The notes beneath the pieces were generated by a model that saw only the letters and a program-made list of their open reading frames with translations, had not been told where the DNA came from and did not search any database. DNA of 64,000 bases from Ptychomitrium polyphyllum. Its lineage: Eukaryota. The translations under genes and the position numbers were made by a program. Within the stretch, counting starts at the first letter, position 1. Every line of letters begins with the position of its first letter. The DNA lies in assembly GCA_973851085.1 (NCBI GenBank), contig OZ316775.1:10292001-10356000 (forward strand), read 5' to 3'. This document shows, in pieces, positions 24,732 through 39,482 of the stretch.

Positions 24732-24995
24732 CCTTGTCTTGCCTCCTATTTATACTATGACACTTGTATTTTTTAGAATACTTCTAAAGAAACTTTCCAT
24801 GAAGCTTAAGAATGTTTTAGAAGTCTATGGAACATTTTTAAGAAGTTTTTCAAGGAGGTGGAACCTGTCTAGGAAGTTTTTCAAAGATGTGAAATGGATA
24901 TATGAACTTTGAAAATATTTGAAGAAGCCAATACAATGAATAATAAGGTTTTAGAAGATTTTAAGAATTATATTGAACAATCTATGTCCGTGACA
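24732..24995 (-). repeat. Extra partial LTR (U3 portion only) abutting the 5' LTR
   Basis: Begins ccttgtcttgcctcctatttatactatga (as at 24322) and ends tctatgtccgtgaca. Confidence 0.85.
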
Positions 24996-27900
24996 CCAAA
25001 TGTGGATCACAAATATTAGAATAGAAGAATGGCTTTCTATAACTTCTAAATACTTGACGGCATTTACTAATACAACAATTAGTTGACCTGACCAATCCAA
25101 ATGACAAGAGTATTTTCAAATCAAAAAGCCAATGACTAAGTCCTTTATAAATGACTAAGCTTTTTTGGAGACCATGTCAAATTGGAATCCAAGTACTAGA
25201 GGCATACACAATTTCAAAGCATACATAAATCTAAATGCTACTTGTTTTTTAAGCTAATGAAGCCTTTTGCTTAAAAAAATTGGCACAGTGCATTCTAGTA
25301 TAATATTCTACTTGGTAGAAGATACACTTAAATTCATCCAACCATGCCAAGCCATTTTTTGAGTTTGATTTTGTGTCAAAGAGAATAATATGAATCTTTA
25401 AGTAGCTTGATTTTTACATCAGTTAAAGGTAGTTGCACCTATAAGACAAATACATCCAATGTATAGAATCATCTAACTCCAATTAAATGGCAAGAAAAAT
25501 CATGGTGTACAAGAAGATATGAACAAGAAGGCAAAATAAATTAGAATCAATAGGCATGCTCTTTGAAATTTTAAAGGTCTTGTTGCTTAAAGAATGATTT
25601 AAAGGCAAAAAAGCCTTTAGATATTTAAATAGTGGTATAATTAATATCCAACTTAGGATTTTAGATTGTTTGAAAGCAACTGAATTTAATTAGCAATAAA
25701 GCATTGTACTCTCTTTAGCACGCCTTGTTGTTGGATTCAAATTGTATTATTTTATTATAAGCTTTATTATTGTTGATTTATTCACCAATTTGTAGAAAAA
25801 ATATTGTATACTAAATAATAGCAAAAATATTGAAGAAGAGAATTATACATTTTATATGGAATCATGTCTTTCAATTCATCAAAAAAAATAAAAAATAGAT
25901 TATAAGTGTAATTACTATAAAATTTTGAATGTAACTAATTTGAAGTGCACATAATATGATTTGGAAAAGAAAGAGTACCTTAAAGATGTTTTAAAAGTAA
26001 TTTTATAAAAATAATATATAAAACTAATTATCAAAATTTAAAAATTGTTCAACTTTATCTTACTTCATGTATTTTAGTTTTTCTTTATTTTAGTTTTATG
26101 CTTTAGAATGGCTTTATGGTCACTAATCACTTCATGCTTGAATTTATAGACTTAATTGATTTTCCTTGTTTTGTTTTTATTAGCTTTAAACTATTTGTCA
26201 ATGGTAGCTAAAATAGCAACATTTGTTAAATTAATGTACATATTATGCTCTTAGTAGCAAGAATTTTTGGCACCATAACAACCAACATCCTAATAACAAT
26301 GTCTTAACAAAAAATTCTATTGCATTTATATATATATATATATAAATACATACATACAAAAGTTAATTTTTTCTACAATAATTTCTTCTACAAAGATTGC
26401 TTGGCGCAACATGATATAAGGGCATGTGCCAAAAAAATTGAAATTAAAGTGAGACTCAAAATGTATATTATGATTGATTTTGGAAAAAAAGATGAACGTT
26501 GAATTTGAAAGTCATAATGTAAAACAAATACAAAACAATCAAATTTTGATGAACAAATAATCATAGATATAATTGGGAATATACGATCTACAATTGCCTT
26601 GCTCAAATATAAACAACCATTTTCATTGAATCATTTAGAATCATTTTTTCTAATATTTTTAAATTCTTTAGCATAGTATTTGGAAACATTATTTCCAATT
26701 CTATAAAAATGGTGCAAAGAGATAAATCATAATCAATCACTTTTTTACAATAAAAATATAATTTTAAAAAATATTTATTATTAGAAAATCACATTAAAAC
26801 CATTACATATTAGAGTTTAGTAATATAAAAATACATTGTAATATAATGAAACAACTTATAATAGATTTTATCATTATTTAATTTAATGCATGTATTGTTG
26901 AATTTGCAAAATTAGCATGCACTTTATAAACAGATGTAACTACTAATGTAAAGTGGCACAAGTTAATTAAACATATAATCTCTTTAAAAAGATAATTTTT
27001 CTTGATCTTCTTTATAAGTTGTATCCAAACATATTAAAAATATTAAAAAACAAATAAATAACTTATGAGTGAAGGTGAAGTTTGTTCTTAAAGAATTAAA
27101 GGTACAACTTTTTTTTTTTTCCATTTGTAATCCCTTACTTTCAATATTCATGTCTATTAAACATCACAAAAAAAAATTGTTTTTTTTAATAATATCATTT
27201 AAGTTTGAATTTTGAATTCAACTTCAAAGATTGTGCATTAAAAAATGAAATAAGAAAAAAATCAATGTTTGAACATTCATTAACATAAAAACCACCATCT
27301 TTTAGAATATACAAACAATTGTAATTTGAACCTTATATGCAAGATTTGCTCAATTGAATTCAACCATGAAGTCTTCAGCTAATACCATGATTCAAAAAGT
27401 ACTAACAGGCATTTGACAACAAAAAGGCACCAAATTCATTGAGATTCAGAAGCACATAAAAACAAGTTATAATAAAAAGTTAGATGGAAGCAACAAGCAA
27501 ATGTTGATGATTATATTAAAAGGTTTTGTAAAGAGTAGAGAACTTCAAAATAAAAACTCCAATTATAATTGCTGACAAACAAAAAAAATTCAAGTAAGTA
27601 CATGCTTCCACATCAACACTACTATTATATTTGTCCAACTAAACATAGGCGAGCGTATCAAAAAGTAAATAGAACTTGCCATCACCATTGCTTTTATCGT
27701 TGTCGTCTTCATCATCATTATTATTGTTAAAGTAGTCAAAGACATCAATCACATTGTTGCTATTGGCATCATAGACATTGTAAGCAATCATATAGATATA
27801 AAAAGAACTACCAAATATTTAAAATGGCAATGAGTCACCGCCGTTGTCTTTGGCATTAATAGCCATTTTCAAAAAATATATTAAAAAAATATGCTTAAGG

Positions 27901-30900
27901 CATTATATTTAAGGTATGTATATTAATATTTGTTTTTTTGATATAATAAATAATATATGAAGATTATGCAAAGTTTGGATGCTTATATTATTGATAAAAA
28001 TATAAAATTGATCTTTAAACTATATAATTAATGAAAGTTATATAATATAAGATTTACTTAAATAATGGTCATATTATTGAATCTTAATTAAGATTAAAAA
28101 CTATGATTTCAATACTACATAAAATTTAACTTTGAAATTAAATTTTAAAAGATTAATTTTTGTAAAATAATCCGTTAGATTTCTTATATATACAGGTTTT
28201 GAATGACTTTGAAAAGAAATATAATACAATTTTTTTTCAATATCATTGATTATAACTATAAATTAATTTCTAATTTGAAATCTACTAAAAAATAAATTAT
28301 TACGTCATTTATATTTAATCAATGTTTTTTAAGAGTCTTACAAATGAATGGCTTAATATGAATTTTTGATACAAAAAACATGTTGAATTTGATTACATCT
28401 AAACAAAAAAATTATTTTTACTTATATTTAAAAGCTTTTGATTTCTTTAACATCATATAAGTTTGTAATTTAAAAAAGAAATTTAATGGAGTTACCAACT
28501 TCCTATTGTAAAATAAGCTTTTTAGAATTTAGTATAAAACATTAGGAAATAAATTGCTTTTTTATTTGAGATCTAATTGGCTACCAATTGTACATCCCTA
28601 TGTAATAGTTTGTTCAATTATTCAATGAGTTTTTTTCATTTATTAAACATTGTAGGATTAAAAAGTTTCATATTATACCAATCAAATCATTTTTGCAAAG
28701 AATGATATATAAAAGTTACATTTCATTGTTTTATTGATATTTAAAATTAAATAAAAGATTTTGAACTTTCAAAATTGAGTTCAAAATAAAAAATCAAATC
28801 AAATCAAAAGAATATACAGCATGTTTTTACACAAGATTTATTAAAATATTTTGAATAATTTAATTATTACATTTAAGATAGTTTTACTCAAGAATCATTC
28901 TATAAGTATAATAGAGGTGTCTTTTAAATATTTTGAAAAATACTATGGTTAAGCACTTCATTTAATAAGTAGTTCATTTGATCCATTGTATAGCAAATTA
29001 TCTTCAATACTTTTATTAAAACAAAATTGTATTATGTTAATGTTTTAATTATTTTTGAAATAAAAAATAATTGCATATATTAGATGAAGTCTTATACATT
29101 TTTTTAATTGTGGATCATTCAACTCAATGTGCCATTGATTCAACCATGGCATCCACTTTGTAATGCAAATTGACTGATTAATTTGAATTTTTTAAATTTC
29201 AAAATATGTATTTTGAATTTCAATGTATGTCACCTTTATACTTGCACACTTGTAAAACCACTAATGTACATCTCTTTGTTGGGAAGTTTCAAGCTATTTC
29301 AAGAATACCTCCATTGACATTAAAGAAGCTATTTTGTAAGTATGGAACAATATACTTATACTTTACTAAATTCTAATACAAATCTTTTGAAAAAGTACAA
29401 CTTTTTCTTGAAATAAATAAATATTTTTAGAACTTTTTGTTAAGAAGATGAATTATTTTACGGCTTTTGAAACAGAGAGCCTAAAACCATGGGAATTTAG
29501 AATTCCATGATCATGGGTAAGTTCACACATTTCTTTTTTTTGATTTTGTTGGAATACATTTCCCTTTTAAATTAATATATTTCCTTTGAATCCTTTTTTT
29601 CCATTTTAGTTAAAGAAATATTAGCCCTTATTTACTTGTATATTTAATATTATATAACATTTTCCCACACTTTTGATTAGTTGTATTATTGAAGGAATTA
29701 TAAACTAACTTTGTTTCGTTTTAATCTAATATAAATTCAGAAACAGGCCTAATTTGAGGTGATCTTGGAAACATTCAGAAGTTTCCTAATATTTGAAAAT
29801 GACATGTTATTCTTTTGGAGACGTAATAAATGTCATGCCAAGCATATAATAGTTTATGAGTCAAGCACTTAACCACTTCTTGTAACCATGTGACAAAAAA
29901 CACCAAGAACCAAGCAAACATGGTTAGTATATCAGATGGTAGAATGAGAGTTGGGATCTATTGGAGCCCAGATACCAATGAAATTTTATCCTCCTGGTTG
30001 AATAATGAAATCATATTCTCTCAGTTGAATAATAAGTAGGGATAGTGTCCAAAACAACCTGTGAAGATAGTATAATGGCTTACCAAGTTTGGTAGTCTCA
30101 TCACATTTATATCACACCTACAGAGTTATAAAGGAGAATCTTCACAAGTGTTTTATTGTATGGGTTGACATCACTCCAATTGCATGCACATACTTGGGTT
30201 TAGAAAAGGAACATTTAACTAAGATCTCATCCTTGTCAATATCTGTAGTACATTGAGTGTGAGAAATCCAAGGCGCATGTTAGCATTTTTTAATTTTAGA
30301 CTTAAAGGCCCTATGCTGAGCATTTCTGCCTTATAAGGCAAGTTAGTATAATCTTTTACATTTTGATTTTTACTAAGCTTAGGTTTAACACGTTAAATAT
30401 GATAAAAGGTTTAGTGCAGGCCTTCAATTTGGTATAGGCCTAATTTAATTTTGGATATTTTCCTTCTTCTATAGAATTTACAAATTGCTTAATTTTTATG
30501 AGAGCACATTCTATATCTAAAAAGGACAATTTTTAATTTTATACATTCCTATAATAAAGGTATTTTTAACTCTACATATAAATTTCCTTGTATATTATTT
30601 TATTTTTGGAAATTTGGAAATTGTACATTGATTTATGTACAAGTAAGATTGATATATCCATACTTTCAATGTTTATTTTGTATTTTGAACACTTATAACT
30701 TCAATAAATCTCTTTAAATTTTGAAATGAATATGATATTCACCATGGCTAGTAACAATTACCAACACTTTTGGAAGAAAATTTTTCATAATAAGCAAGAA
30801 TGAATGATCAAACACAAATACATCTTCATAATACATTTTTTTGTTTTGTAAGGATAATTTTAATTTTAATAGATGCATTGCAAATGCTTATCTTTTACTT

Positions 30901-31676
30901 GGTGAAAATTAAAATTTCAAAAATGTTCCATAATAATAGCTATTTTGTTTAATTTTCCTTTTGAAATCTTATATTTTTGGTTTTTGAAAAGTTTAATTTT
31001 GTGCATCACAATATTGTCATATATGTGGATGTTTATTTGAATGAATGAAATTAGTAAGAACCCCATTGGAATCTTCATTTATAATTTCTTTAAAAAAATA
31101 GATCTTCCATTCCTTGCTCTTTAAACTTTAATAGAACCACATGCTTTGCAACAATGCCATAATGGATTCGTAAGCTCACCAAGCTAGCATTTCTTCATGA
31201 ATTTTGCACTTAAATAGATGTACTTCAAAATGAACAACTTTTACCTAGCTAAGAGATTACAACCCTAAAGAAAAATTAAATTCAAATCACCACAAAGCAA
31301 ATGGGATTTGTTCCCAATCAAAAATTGACTATTTCCACTAGCATCCATGGCTTAGTAGTAGACCCTTTGCTTTTCAAAGAAAAAATCATGAATTCATTCC
31401 ACCTTTAGAACATTCCATCTTTGCTTCTTCAATTAGATAAAGAGATTTACAAGCTCCACAAAATGATTCTCTTGGTGATCCCTATACAAATCGATATAAA
31501 AAGAGTATGACTTTCCCTCAAAGATGATTGCATTGCCACATATGTGTGCTCCCAGAAAAAACATTCACCTTGCAAAAAAGCTACTGCCCGAACGAAACAG
31601 CTAGTGCGGGTGACAGTAGTGGAACACAACTGGGGACACCGTGGCAAGGGCGAGAGCCGTATTGGTGAGGAAAAGC

Positions 31677-31703
31677 TGACGTGGCAGAGCGCCAAACCCT
31701 AAA
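31677..31703 (+). promoter_or_regulatory. G-box/ABRE-like TGACGTGGC plus telo-box AAACCCTAA upstream of the CCA-adding enzyme gene
   Basis: Motifs at 31677-31685 and 31694-31702, within about 65 nt of the ATG. Telo-boxes are typical of plant translation-machinery genes. Confidence 0.4.
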
Positions 31704-31740
31704 TATTGCAAAACGTCATGCTTTGCACACTCGTCTGGCG

Positions 31741-34700
31741 ATGGCGGAGATGGCCTCCGCGCTCTTGGCGCTGCGACTCGGCACTGGCCGCTGGTCGCCC
31801 AGGTTCGTTACCATTGTCGGCCCCTGCAACAGGCTCGTCGGGAGGCAGTCCGGATGCAGGGAGCTTCTGTGTCCGGAGTATGGGCGAGGGGTGGCCGCGA
31901 GCAGGGCCAGTAGTAAGGGAGAGTTCGGGCTGGAGGGGAGGAGGGGAGCGCAATTGAGGCGAGCGCTGTGTGTGACGGTAGAAGGAAGCGGGACCATGGG
32001 GGCGGGGAAGTCGGAGGTGGTGGATGCAATTCGGTTGACGGAGCAGGAGGAGAACATCTTCGACGTGCTTGTTGCGACGTTGCAGCATTTCGGACTCGAC
32101 ACGGAGCTGCGAGTTGCGGGAGGATGGGTCCGTGATAAGGTGAAGTCGCAGTTCTGATTGAGAGGAAGTAATTGGGCGTCCTCTGCGTGGGGCTTTGAGC
32201 TGCCATCCGAGGACTTGCAGTTGCGAATGTGTGGTGCTTTTTACAGTCTAATTGGATAGTTGCGAAGTTTTCGTGGGTTTCTGGGCTCTTTGGAGCAGCA
32301 CAGGTTTTTGATTTTCGGATGGTCGTTTGTATTTCTTTTTGAGCACCACCTGAGAGTGATTTGCAGTTAACTTACCTGCATTTGCGTTTTAGTTTTCAGC
32401 TTGTTTGTTGTAGCTGGTTGAAGGTAGGGTGATGGTAGCTGGAGAATCATATGCCTTTAGTAGTCGATTTGTGTCGGAGGGAGGAGATTATGGTTTGCAC
32501 ATGATATTTGAAGCGAAGGAAACCATAAGGGTGATAGGTGAGAATGTGAGAATGCAAGGGCGAGAGTGGGAGAGTTCATTAGGGATGAATTTCACGAGAG
32601 ATGGACCGACGAGTTAGAACTCATTTAGTGTGATGCTCTGAACGTCTCTAGCTAGGGTTCAGATATCGATTTATTTACCGGTGGTTTCTTTTGTATCTAA
32701 TCTGGCAGCTTCTGGGGAAAGATTCACACGACATCGATATTGCGATAAACAACATGTTGGGCAAGCAGTTCTGCGAGAAAGTCAACGAGTATCGCAAAAG
32801 CATTGGAGAGGAAACCTCGGGTATTGGAGTCATCCAGAGGTATGCTTACGGTCTGATAGAGATATCTCTTTTGACGCAATGAGTGTTGCTTGAATCAGGC
32901 CCTCCGACTGGCACGTAAATTTTAATGAACTGAGATCCGTTTGCTTTAATCAATTGATTTTGTATTGATGCTTAGAGGCCAAATGATGTTTGGCTGGACG
33001 ATCCAGCTTTATGAACACAAACGTGACTAATTAAGTGGTATCTATCAATATGATTTAGTTCCAGTTCTGGACGGTTTAACCTTTGTCAATTGAGCCGGAA
33101 TTGGTGGAGAGGTGGATCGAGGATATGAAACATAAATTTCGTCTCTTAGTCTGCAATAATTTGCGCCTACAGTAATCCTGAGCAGTCAAAGCATTTGGAG
33201 ACAGCTACCATGCGTATTGGGGGTATGTTCGTCGACTTTGTAAACTTGCGGGCTGAGACATATGCTCAAAACAGCCGAATTCCTACTATGGTGCGTGGCT
33301 CTAGACTACACTAAGGGTGCGTTGAGAATTTTCATGAATTCGTTGTCGTCCATCAAACATCTTGTCAGGATTGCCTTGAGAACTTTATGACATTTGTAAT
33401 ACGTGATATGAAACTCTTGCTTAGTAATACTGGAGTTGTTGATGAGATATGCATACTAGTGGCCTTTGTCGTGGATATTGATTCTATGGAGGCATTCTTT
33501 CAGGAATTTGGAACTGCAGAGCAAGATGCTTTGCGACGAGACTTGACTATAAACAGGTAGATGCGCCATCCCGAGACAGGCACTGAGTATTGGAACCGTT
33601 GCTTAGGATATTGTGATGACTTTGCGTTTTAAACTTCATATGTCCTATATAAGGAATATTGAATTGTTCTTCAATTGTACTGGCCAGTATGTTTTACAAC
33701 ATCAACAAACGTTGCGTGGAAGACCTGACTTCACGAGGTATGCAGCTCTTATCTTTCAGAGCTAAAATTTACATTCTCATGCCTACGTGCACAGTGAGCC
33801 GTTATCATTGCATGAGACATTGTGCATACCTTTTTCAGAATTTAACTTCCTGTTTTTTTAGTGAGCTTTAAAGCCTGTTGAAAATAGTTCCGCCTGTGCA
33901 GAATCTGGTCCTTGGCTGCAGTATAGTTATTCCCCAATCCTGGTAGTTCAGACGATGACTGTATTCTCCTTTGTATTTCAGGACTGAATGACTTGAAAGC
34001 GGGGATTATCCGTACTCCGCTGCCTTCAAAGGAAACGTTTCTAGATGATCCGCTGCGCGTGATGCGGGCTGTACGTTTTGGTGGGTCTCTGGCAGTACAC
34101 CTTCAGCTAATTTCTTTCTTGGCATCTTTTTCTTAAATTTCAGTGTGACCTCGATTGTAAATCAGACCTCAAGCATCTGTGGGTCTCTCCTCTTTAGGTG
34201 CTCGGTTTGGATTTGAGCTGGAGGACAATTTAAAAGAGGCAGCTTCACTTGATGAAGTCAAGACAGCACTCGGCAACAAAGTGAGCCGTGAACGTATTGG
34301 TCACGAGGTGAATATCTTTTTAATATAGAAACTGATTTCTGGTCTGCTGCTTTTGTTACACGAACCAGAGATCAGGTTTTAGCCACGCTCTTTGATCCAC
34401 ATTTCCAATCTGCTGCAGATCGACCTTATGCTGAAGGGTAAGATGCCAATTACTGCAATGCGAAACCTGGAGCAGCTTCAACTCTTTCCAGTTGTATTCA
34501 CGAATGTATTATCCAACCCTAAACCCCCACTTCAGGAAGATATCGGAAGGTAAGAATCGTATTGTTTATTTCTTGTTCTCTTTTGATTCCTTTGCTGATT
34601 ATATGTAACCAAATCATTTCCAGTCACATGTATGTTTTATCTGAACAACTGCGGGAATTGTAGGTTGTGCGTGGATTCCATGGAAGCAGCTGGAAATGTT

Positions 34701-36407
34701 ATGGTTGGATTTGAAGGTGCTCCAAGCTCAGTAGGATCACAAGCGAAATTTACAGTAAGAGAACATATCGAATAATTTCCTCAAACAACTTTAATTGTCT
34801 TATTTCCTACCCATTCTGTAATCCAAATTTTCCAGACGGTTTTTATCTACGCAGTGTGGTTTCTGTGAATCTTGTGTTATGTTCACAACACCGACGATTT
34901 TCTCATGTGTCGTCTTATAAGCAGCTGTTTCATCATGGATACATTGTGGCTTTATAACGGACAGTGCATTTCAATGTGTAGAATGAGGAAAGGAGGCTTT
35001 TTCATCTAACTAGTTTACTACTTCCATTAAGACATGTCACAGCTTCACATCCGGAGAAGAAAGTTGTGGTGAGTTCTTTTGCAATCTTGTTTGTTCTTGT
35101 TATGAATAACTAGACCAAGTAATGTCTTGAAAGTAATGTCTTTCTTGTATTCATGTTCAGCTTTGCAAGCGTATATCTTGTTACTGCAGATGTCGTCACA
35201 GTTCTTCCTTGATTTGTAATTTCTTGTTTATGGTCGGTCTGTGTTCAGCTACCGATATCAGAACTTATTATCAAGGAATCTTTGAAGTTGAAGTCAGATG
35301 ATGCTAAAAAGGTATCTCCACAGACCTGATTTCTGCTTCTTATTTTGCATTTTTAGAGCTCTTTCTCTTCAGCTTCTATTATATGTTGACATCTACTCAT
35401 GTTGGAGGGTTTATATGACTTTTCATTGTTCCTAAGTTGTTATTTGCTTTCATGTGATTATGTGCCATGTATACTCTTGATGTCGCAAAACAATGTTTTC
35501 GGCAGGTGTTGTCACTTCACTCTGCTACTGAGCAATTTAAGAAACTTTCAGACTTATTTCTTAGTGAGGCACATGAAAGGACCAACGCAGAGTTCCAGTC
35601 AGAGGAGAGAGTTCAAGCAGGTCCTCCTCGTCCCATTCATTTATACTACAATATGGTTTTAAGGGTTTCAAGGGGAAATAGCTTTGGAATGTGTATCGTA
35701 CTAGTCGAAGTTCTAGATGTTACTATACAAGAGTATATTCTAGAGCAAATAGGAAATGTAATAGCTGTGACGCGATTGTCTCATACCTGGTTAAGAAATG
35801 CATTGCTTGAATCATGTGCAGGTTTGCTATTAGTTGATGTCAAGGGCCTCTGGCGCCTAGCGTTAGTTCTATCCTCAGTTCTATGTTTTCCGCTTGATGA
35901 AGACACCATAACGGAGAGGGCAAATAACTGTTTACTTGTTGAAACCTTGATACTGAAATTAGGTGAGGATTTCTAACCTGAAATAGCCTACGAATTCTCA
36001 TATGAAACCAACGCTCTTATACCATGGTCGCTATAAACTCCATCTCTTTGCAGTTACACATTCAAGGATAATGTCATTCTTTCTGCAGGACTAGACAATG
36101 TCTGGACTAGGAAGCCATTATTTAATGGAAAGAAAGTGATGAGCCTTCTTGGACTTCAGAAAGGTGGCCCACAAGTCAAAGAATGGGTACGCTCTAATCC
36201 TGGAATACTTGAGTTTCCCAATCTCTTTTTATTTCTGCAATGGAACGTAACTGAAAGCACGTCGTAGCCTGATGCTTTTGAGTATCTTTGAGTTTGTTGC
36301 AGATGAGCAAGTTTCACAAGTGGGAGCTGGCTCACCCAGAAGGTACCGAGGAGCAATGCTTGGAGTGGTTTCAAGGGGAGAATGTAAAGCGCTTAAAGTC
36401 ACGCTAG
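31741..36407 (+). CDS. CCA1: tRNA nucleotidyltransferase (class II CCA-adding enzyme), ~15 exons
   Basis: Motifs LRVAGGWVRDK|LLGKDSHDIDIA, NPEQSKHLETA, DFVNLRAETY..NSRIP, QDALRRDLTINS, TFLDDPLRVMRAVRF and KVSRERIGHE. Approximate exons: 31741-32139, 32709-32839, 33173-33290, 33504-33556, 33688-33737, 33982-34080, 34198-34307, 34419-34549, 34664-34754, 34982-35068, 35249-35311, 35506-35620, 35822-35962, 36088-36186, 36303-36407, all with GT-AG introns. Confidence 0.93.
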
Positions 36408-39400
36408 TCTCAAGGCGGTTTCCTCCGAGTATGTTTCCTAATCCTTCTTCCGGCAACCACCTCACGATCTTGCGCAAGACGTAACGCAAACGAGGTGAAA
36501 CCCCCCGAGGCCCAAGCGGTGGGAGATGTGGTACCGACTCAAGTTTTGCGTGGAAGTGTACCAAGAGCCTATTCCTTCTTACAGGAGGGCATGGTACCTG
36601 TACCATAACATACATTTTGAAGGGGTGTGAGCAATATCACAAGGTTGTGCTTAGAAGCGATAGCAGCATGTGCCAATTTTGTGACGTGGCGCAGTGCGGG
36701 AATCGGAGAACTCCTCATCTTGTAGATCTTTTTGACATGCTGAACTTAGGAAACACGCGGATGGACACATTGTGGTGCTAGTCGTTCGCAGTGACGTGCA
36801 GCTGTTTGCATTCCTACAACTGCATGCGGTCTGCAGTGACTGGAATGGAGGGTGTTGCACGAAGTTTTTGGAGTGGGTTAGAACGGGGACACCAAAGTAT
36901 CGCACGTCAAGCATAACCGAGGAGGTTGCGTGAGCACAAGGAACGTTGTTTGTGGGCGTGGTTTCAGCGCCATCGTTTACGTTGGAAACTGAAGCATGAC
37001 CCTGATCCTGTAGATGAGCCGCCAGGAGAACTTCAGACAGGGGTGTGGTATGTAGCAATGACATGATACCTGGACAACGGGAGCTCAAAAAGGACCAAGT
37101 TACCGAACCGGACGACCGAAGTGGCGTTTTCATTTCTTGAGTGATGGTTGTCCCCGGTGCGGTGTTTGTGATAAATACACTCGACCTTCAACTGAATTTG
37201 ACATATGAGACCAGTGTCTTGGATAGTAGCACCCAACCTTCCATGTTCTTGACATGCAAGAACAAGTCGACGACTTGTTCAAAGTCATTGGGTGGTGAGT
37301 CATGTTTTGAGAGCAGCTGGAGACCTGTAATGCTGCGTGTATGTTTGGGAAATTCTGAGATGGAATGTTCTGACAGTCTTGACCGCCATGATGGAATTCC
37401 CAGGCAATCAGCTTCTATGGGATTCCTCAGACAGATCGAATGGTGTCGGCTGTAAGTTAGATATAAAACCATCCCACTTTCTCACTTTTGACCATGAAAC
37501 ATGGAGAAAGTCTCACCGAATTCTTCAGTCTCGGATGATGACCATTCTAGTGGCACCTGTTCAACTTGAAGGCAGGAGTGTATATGGAATGTGTCCTTTG
37601 AAGAAGAAGAATTTCTGAATTCCTACCGTGATGAATCAACATTAACGAGGTGTGTCTTTTGTATGTATGAACTTACATTAAATACCAGAGTTTTTAGTAG
37701 CTTGCAACCACACTAGAGCAAGTTAGGAAGTATGGCTGAACTGTATCCTGGTGTTGGCTTCTAATGAAGAATCCTACAACTTTTAAGGTTGGGCGTGGTC
37801 CATGAATAAAGGTATTAAATAAAAGGACACAGAATTCTGAAGCTTATACTTTATGACCTTTAATGCTTCAGTGTACAAAGTGCATCAAAATTTCAATTCA
37901 TTCTCTATATGTTTCACAATTAGGGTCTCCATTTAGTTATTAAATTTGCTCAAGTTAGGTCAAGCCTCACAAATTTACATGTATTTATATATACATAAAT
38001 TCCAATTTGATTATTATAATTCCATCACATTCACCAAGTTTCACATTCTTTGTATAATTGTACTTCAAATATCTTATCTTCTATGCAACTCTACATACTC
38101 AAATTTTTGTAAAACATTTCTATTTCTATTATAATTTTTATCATTCCAATATATTCTATAAATGAGACAAGAGAAGCATAAATATTGAGTCCAAGAAATA
38201 GATATATTAAGCAAAAGACAAGCCAAAAGAAACAATGGGAAGGTATTAAAATAATCAAAATGATTAAAAACTTCTATTAGAAACGAATTTTTTGGTTGCT
38301 ATTCAAAAGAAAGTCCTTAAAATAGTCATAAAGAAAAGACTTCCTTACAAATAATTGTTGTCACTTAAGTCACCATTCCATTTTCTCATCCATCTTAAGA
38401 TTCATTCTTCTACTTTGGACAACACAAGTATAAAACCTCACCAAAAAAGACATAAAAAAGAACTTAAAAACTTTTACCAATCATAGCTAAAATTCTCATA
38501 CGGCAAAAATCTGTTTGTTTCGCCACCAATGACGACACCTAGGAAACAAAACTGAGAAGGTGCTAGAACAGGATTAAAACTGCAATTAACGAAACCAGCC
38601 TTATAAACTACAGTGTTAGGGTTAGGGCTGGGGAGCCGAAACCTCCACCCTGGTCGAGAGATCGGTTTCGTTGCTTTCAGTGTAGTTCGAACTTCCCGCT
38701 TCGCCATCGCCATCGCCGTCACCATTGCACTTGCCCGGCTCCCACCTCCTCCTTGCGTCGCCGCTCCGGCGTCCTCGTAGCGCCTCACAATCGCGTTTGC
38801 CGAGGTTTTCCGTTCGCTGCGGAGCAGTGCGTGGGTACTTCCAGGCGCGATTATCGGCGCAGTCAGGGGCGGTTAAGAGGTCTGGTGGAGGTCGGAGGTC
38901 TGTGGTGCTGTGGTCGTCCAATAGTCTTGGTGTTTGAGCGGTGTCTTTTCTCCTGTTTGGAGCGGAGCCTTGTAAGTTTTAGTTTTGTGGTTCGTGGGGG
39001 AGTGGACGTGATTTGGCTTCCGCGGCAGGGGAAGATCGAAGGACGCTGCTGTCGGTGCGCACCGCGGTGGTGTGAGACCAGGTAGTGTGTTGCATTCTCT
39101 GCTGTGGTGTCGATGCTGTAGTTCGTCTTTGTATGTAGTGTTTCGGTGCTCAGCTGTTGTCGGTTAAAAAGTCTTATCGTTGTTATGTGCTTCGAGGCGC
39201 ACCGCATTTAGTCAAGCAGTTACCATCATTGCGATGCCTCGCAGGACATTCTCTGAAGTGGCACGCGCTGTTTATGTGGGGTTTTGTGGCTCAACTTGGT
39301 AAGGGATTGCAGCGTGTATGAGTGAAATGAATTGGGTTTTTCGTTCTGCCGTCAGGACGGTTTATAGTAGCTCTCTGCCCTTTCTTGTTAGGCAAATGAC

Positions 39401-39482
39401 CCGGATGTTTTCATACAAATAGTCACGGCGTACACTGTATTTACTGAGAAGGGGTATTAACGGAATGCATCTTGCAGGAACG

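Noticed and set aside
27640..27800. Asp/Asn-rich minus-strand peptide
   Set aside because: Low-complexity trinucleotide-like sequence, short and without gene context.
36450..37620. ORFs of 90-160 aa downstream of the CCA gene
   Set aside because: No convincing domain; a faint WD40-like AAGD..VYVWE stretch is too weak to call.
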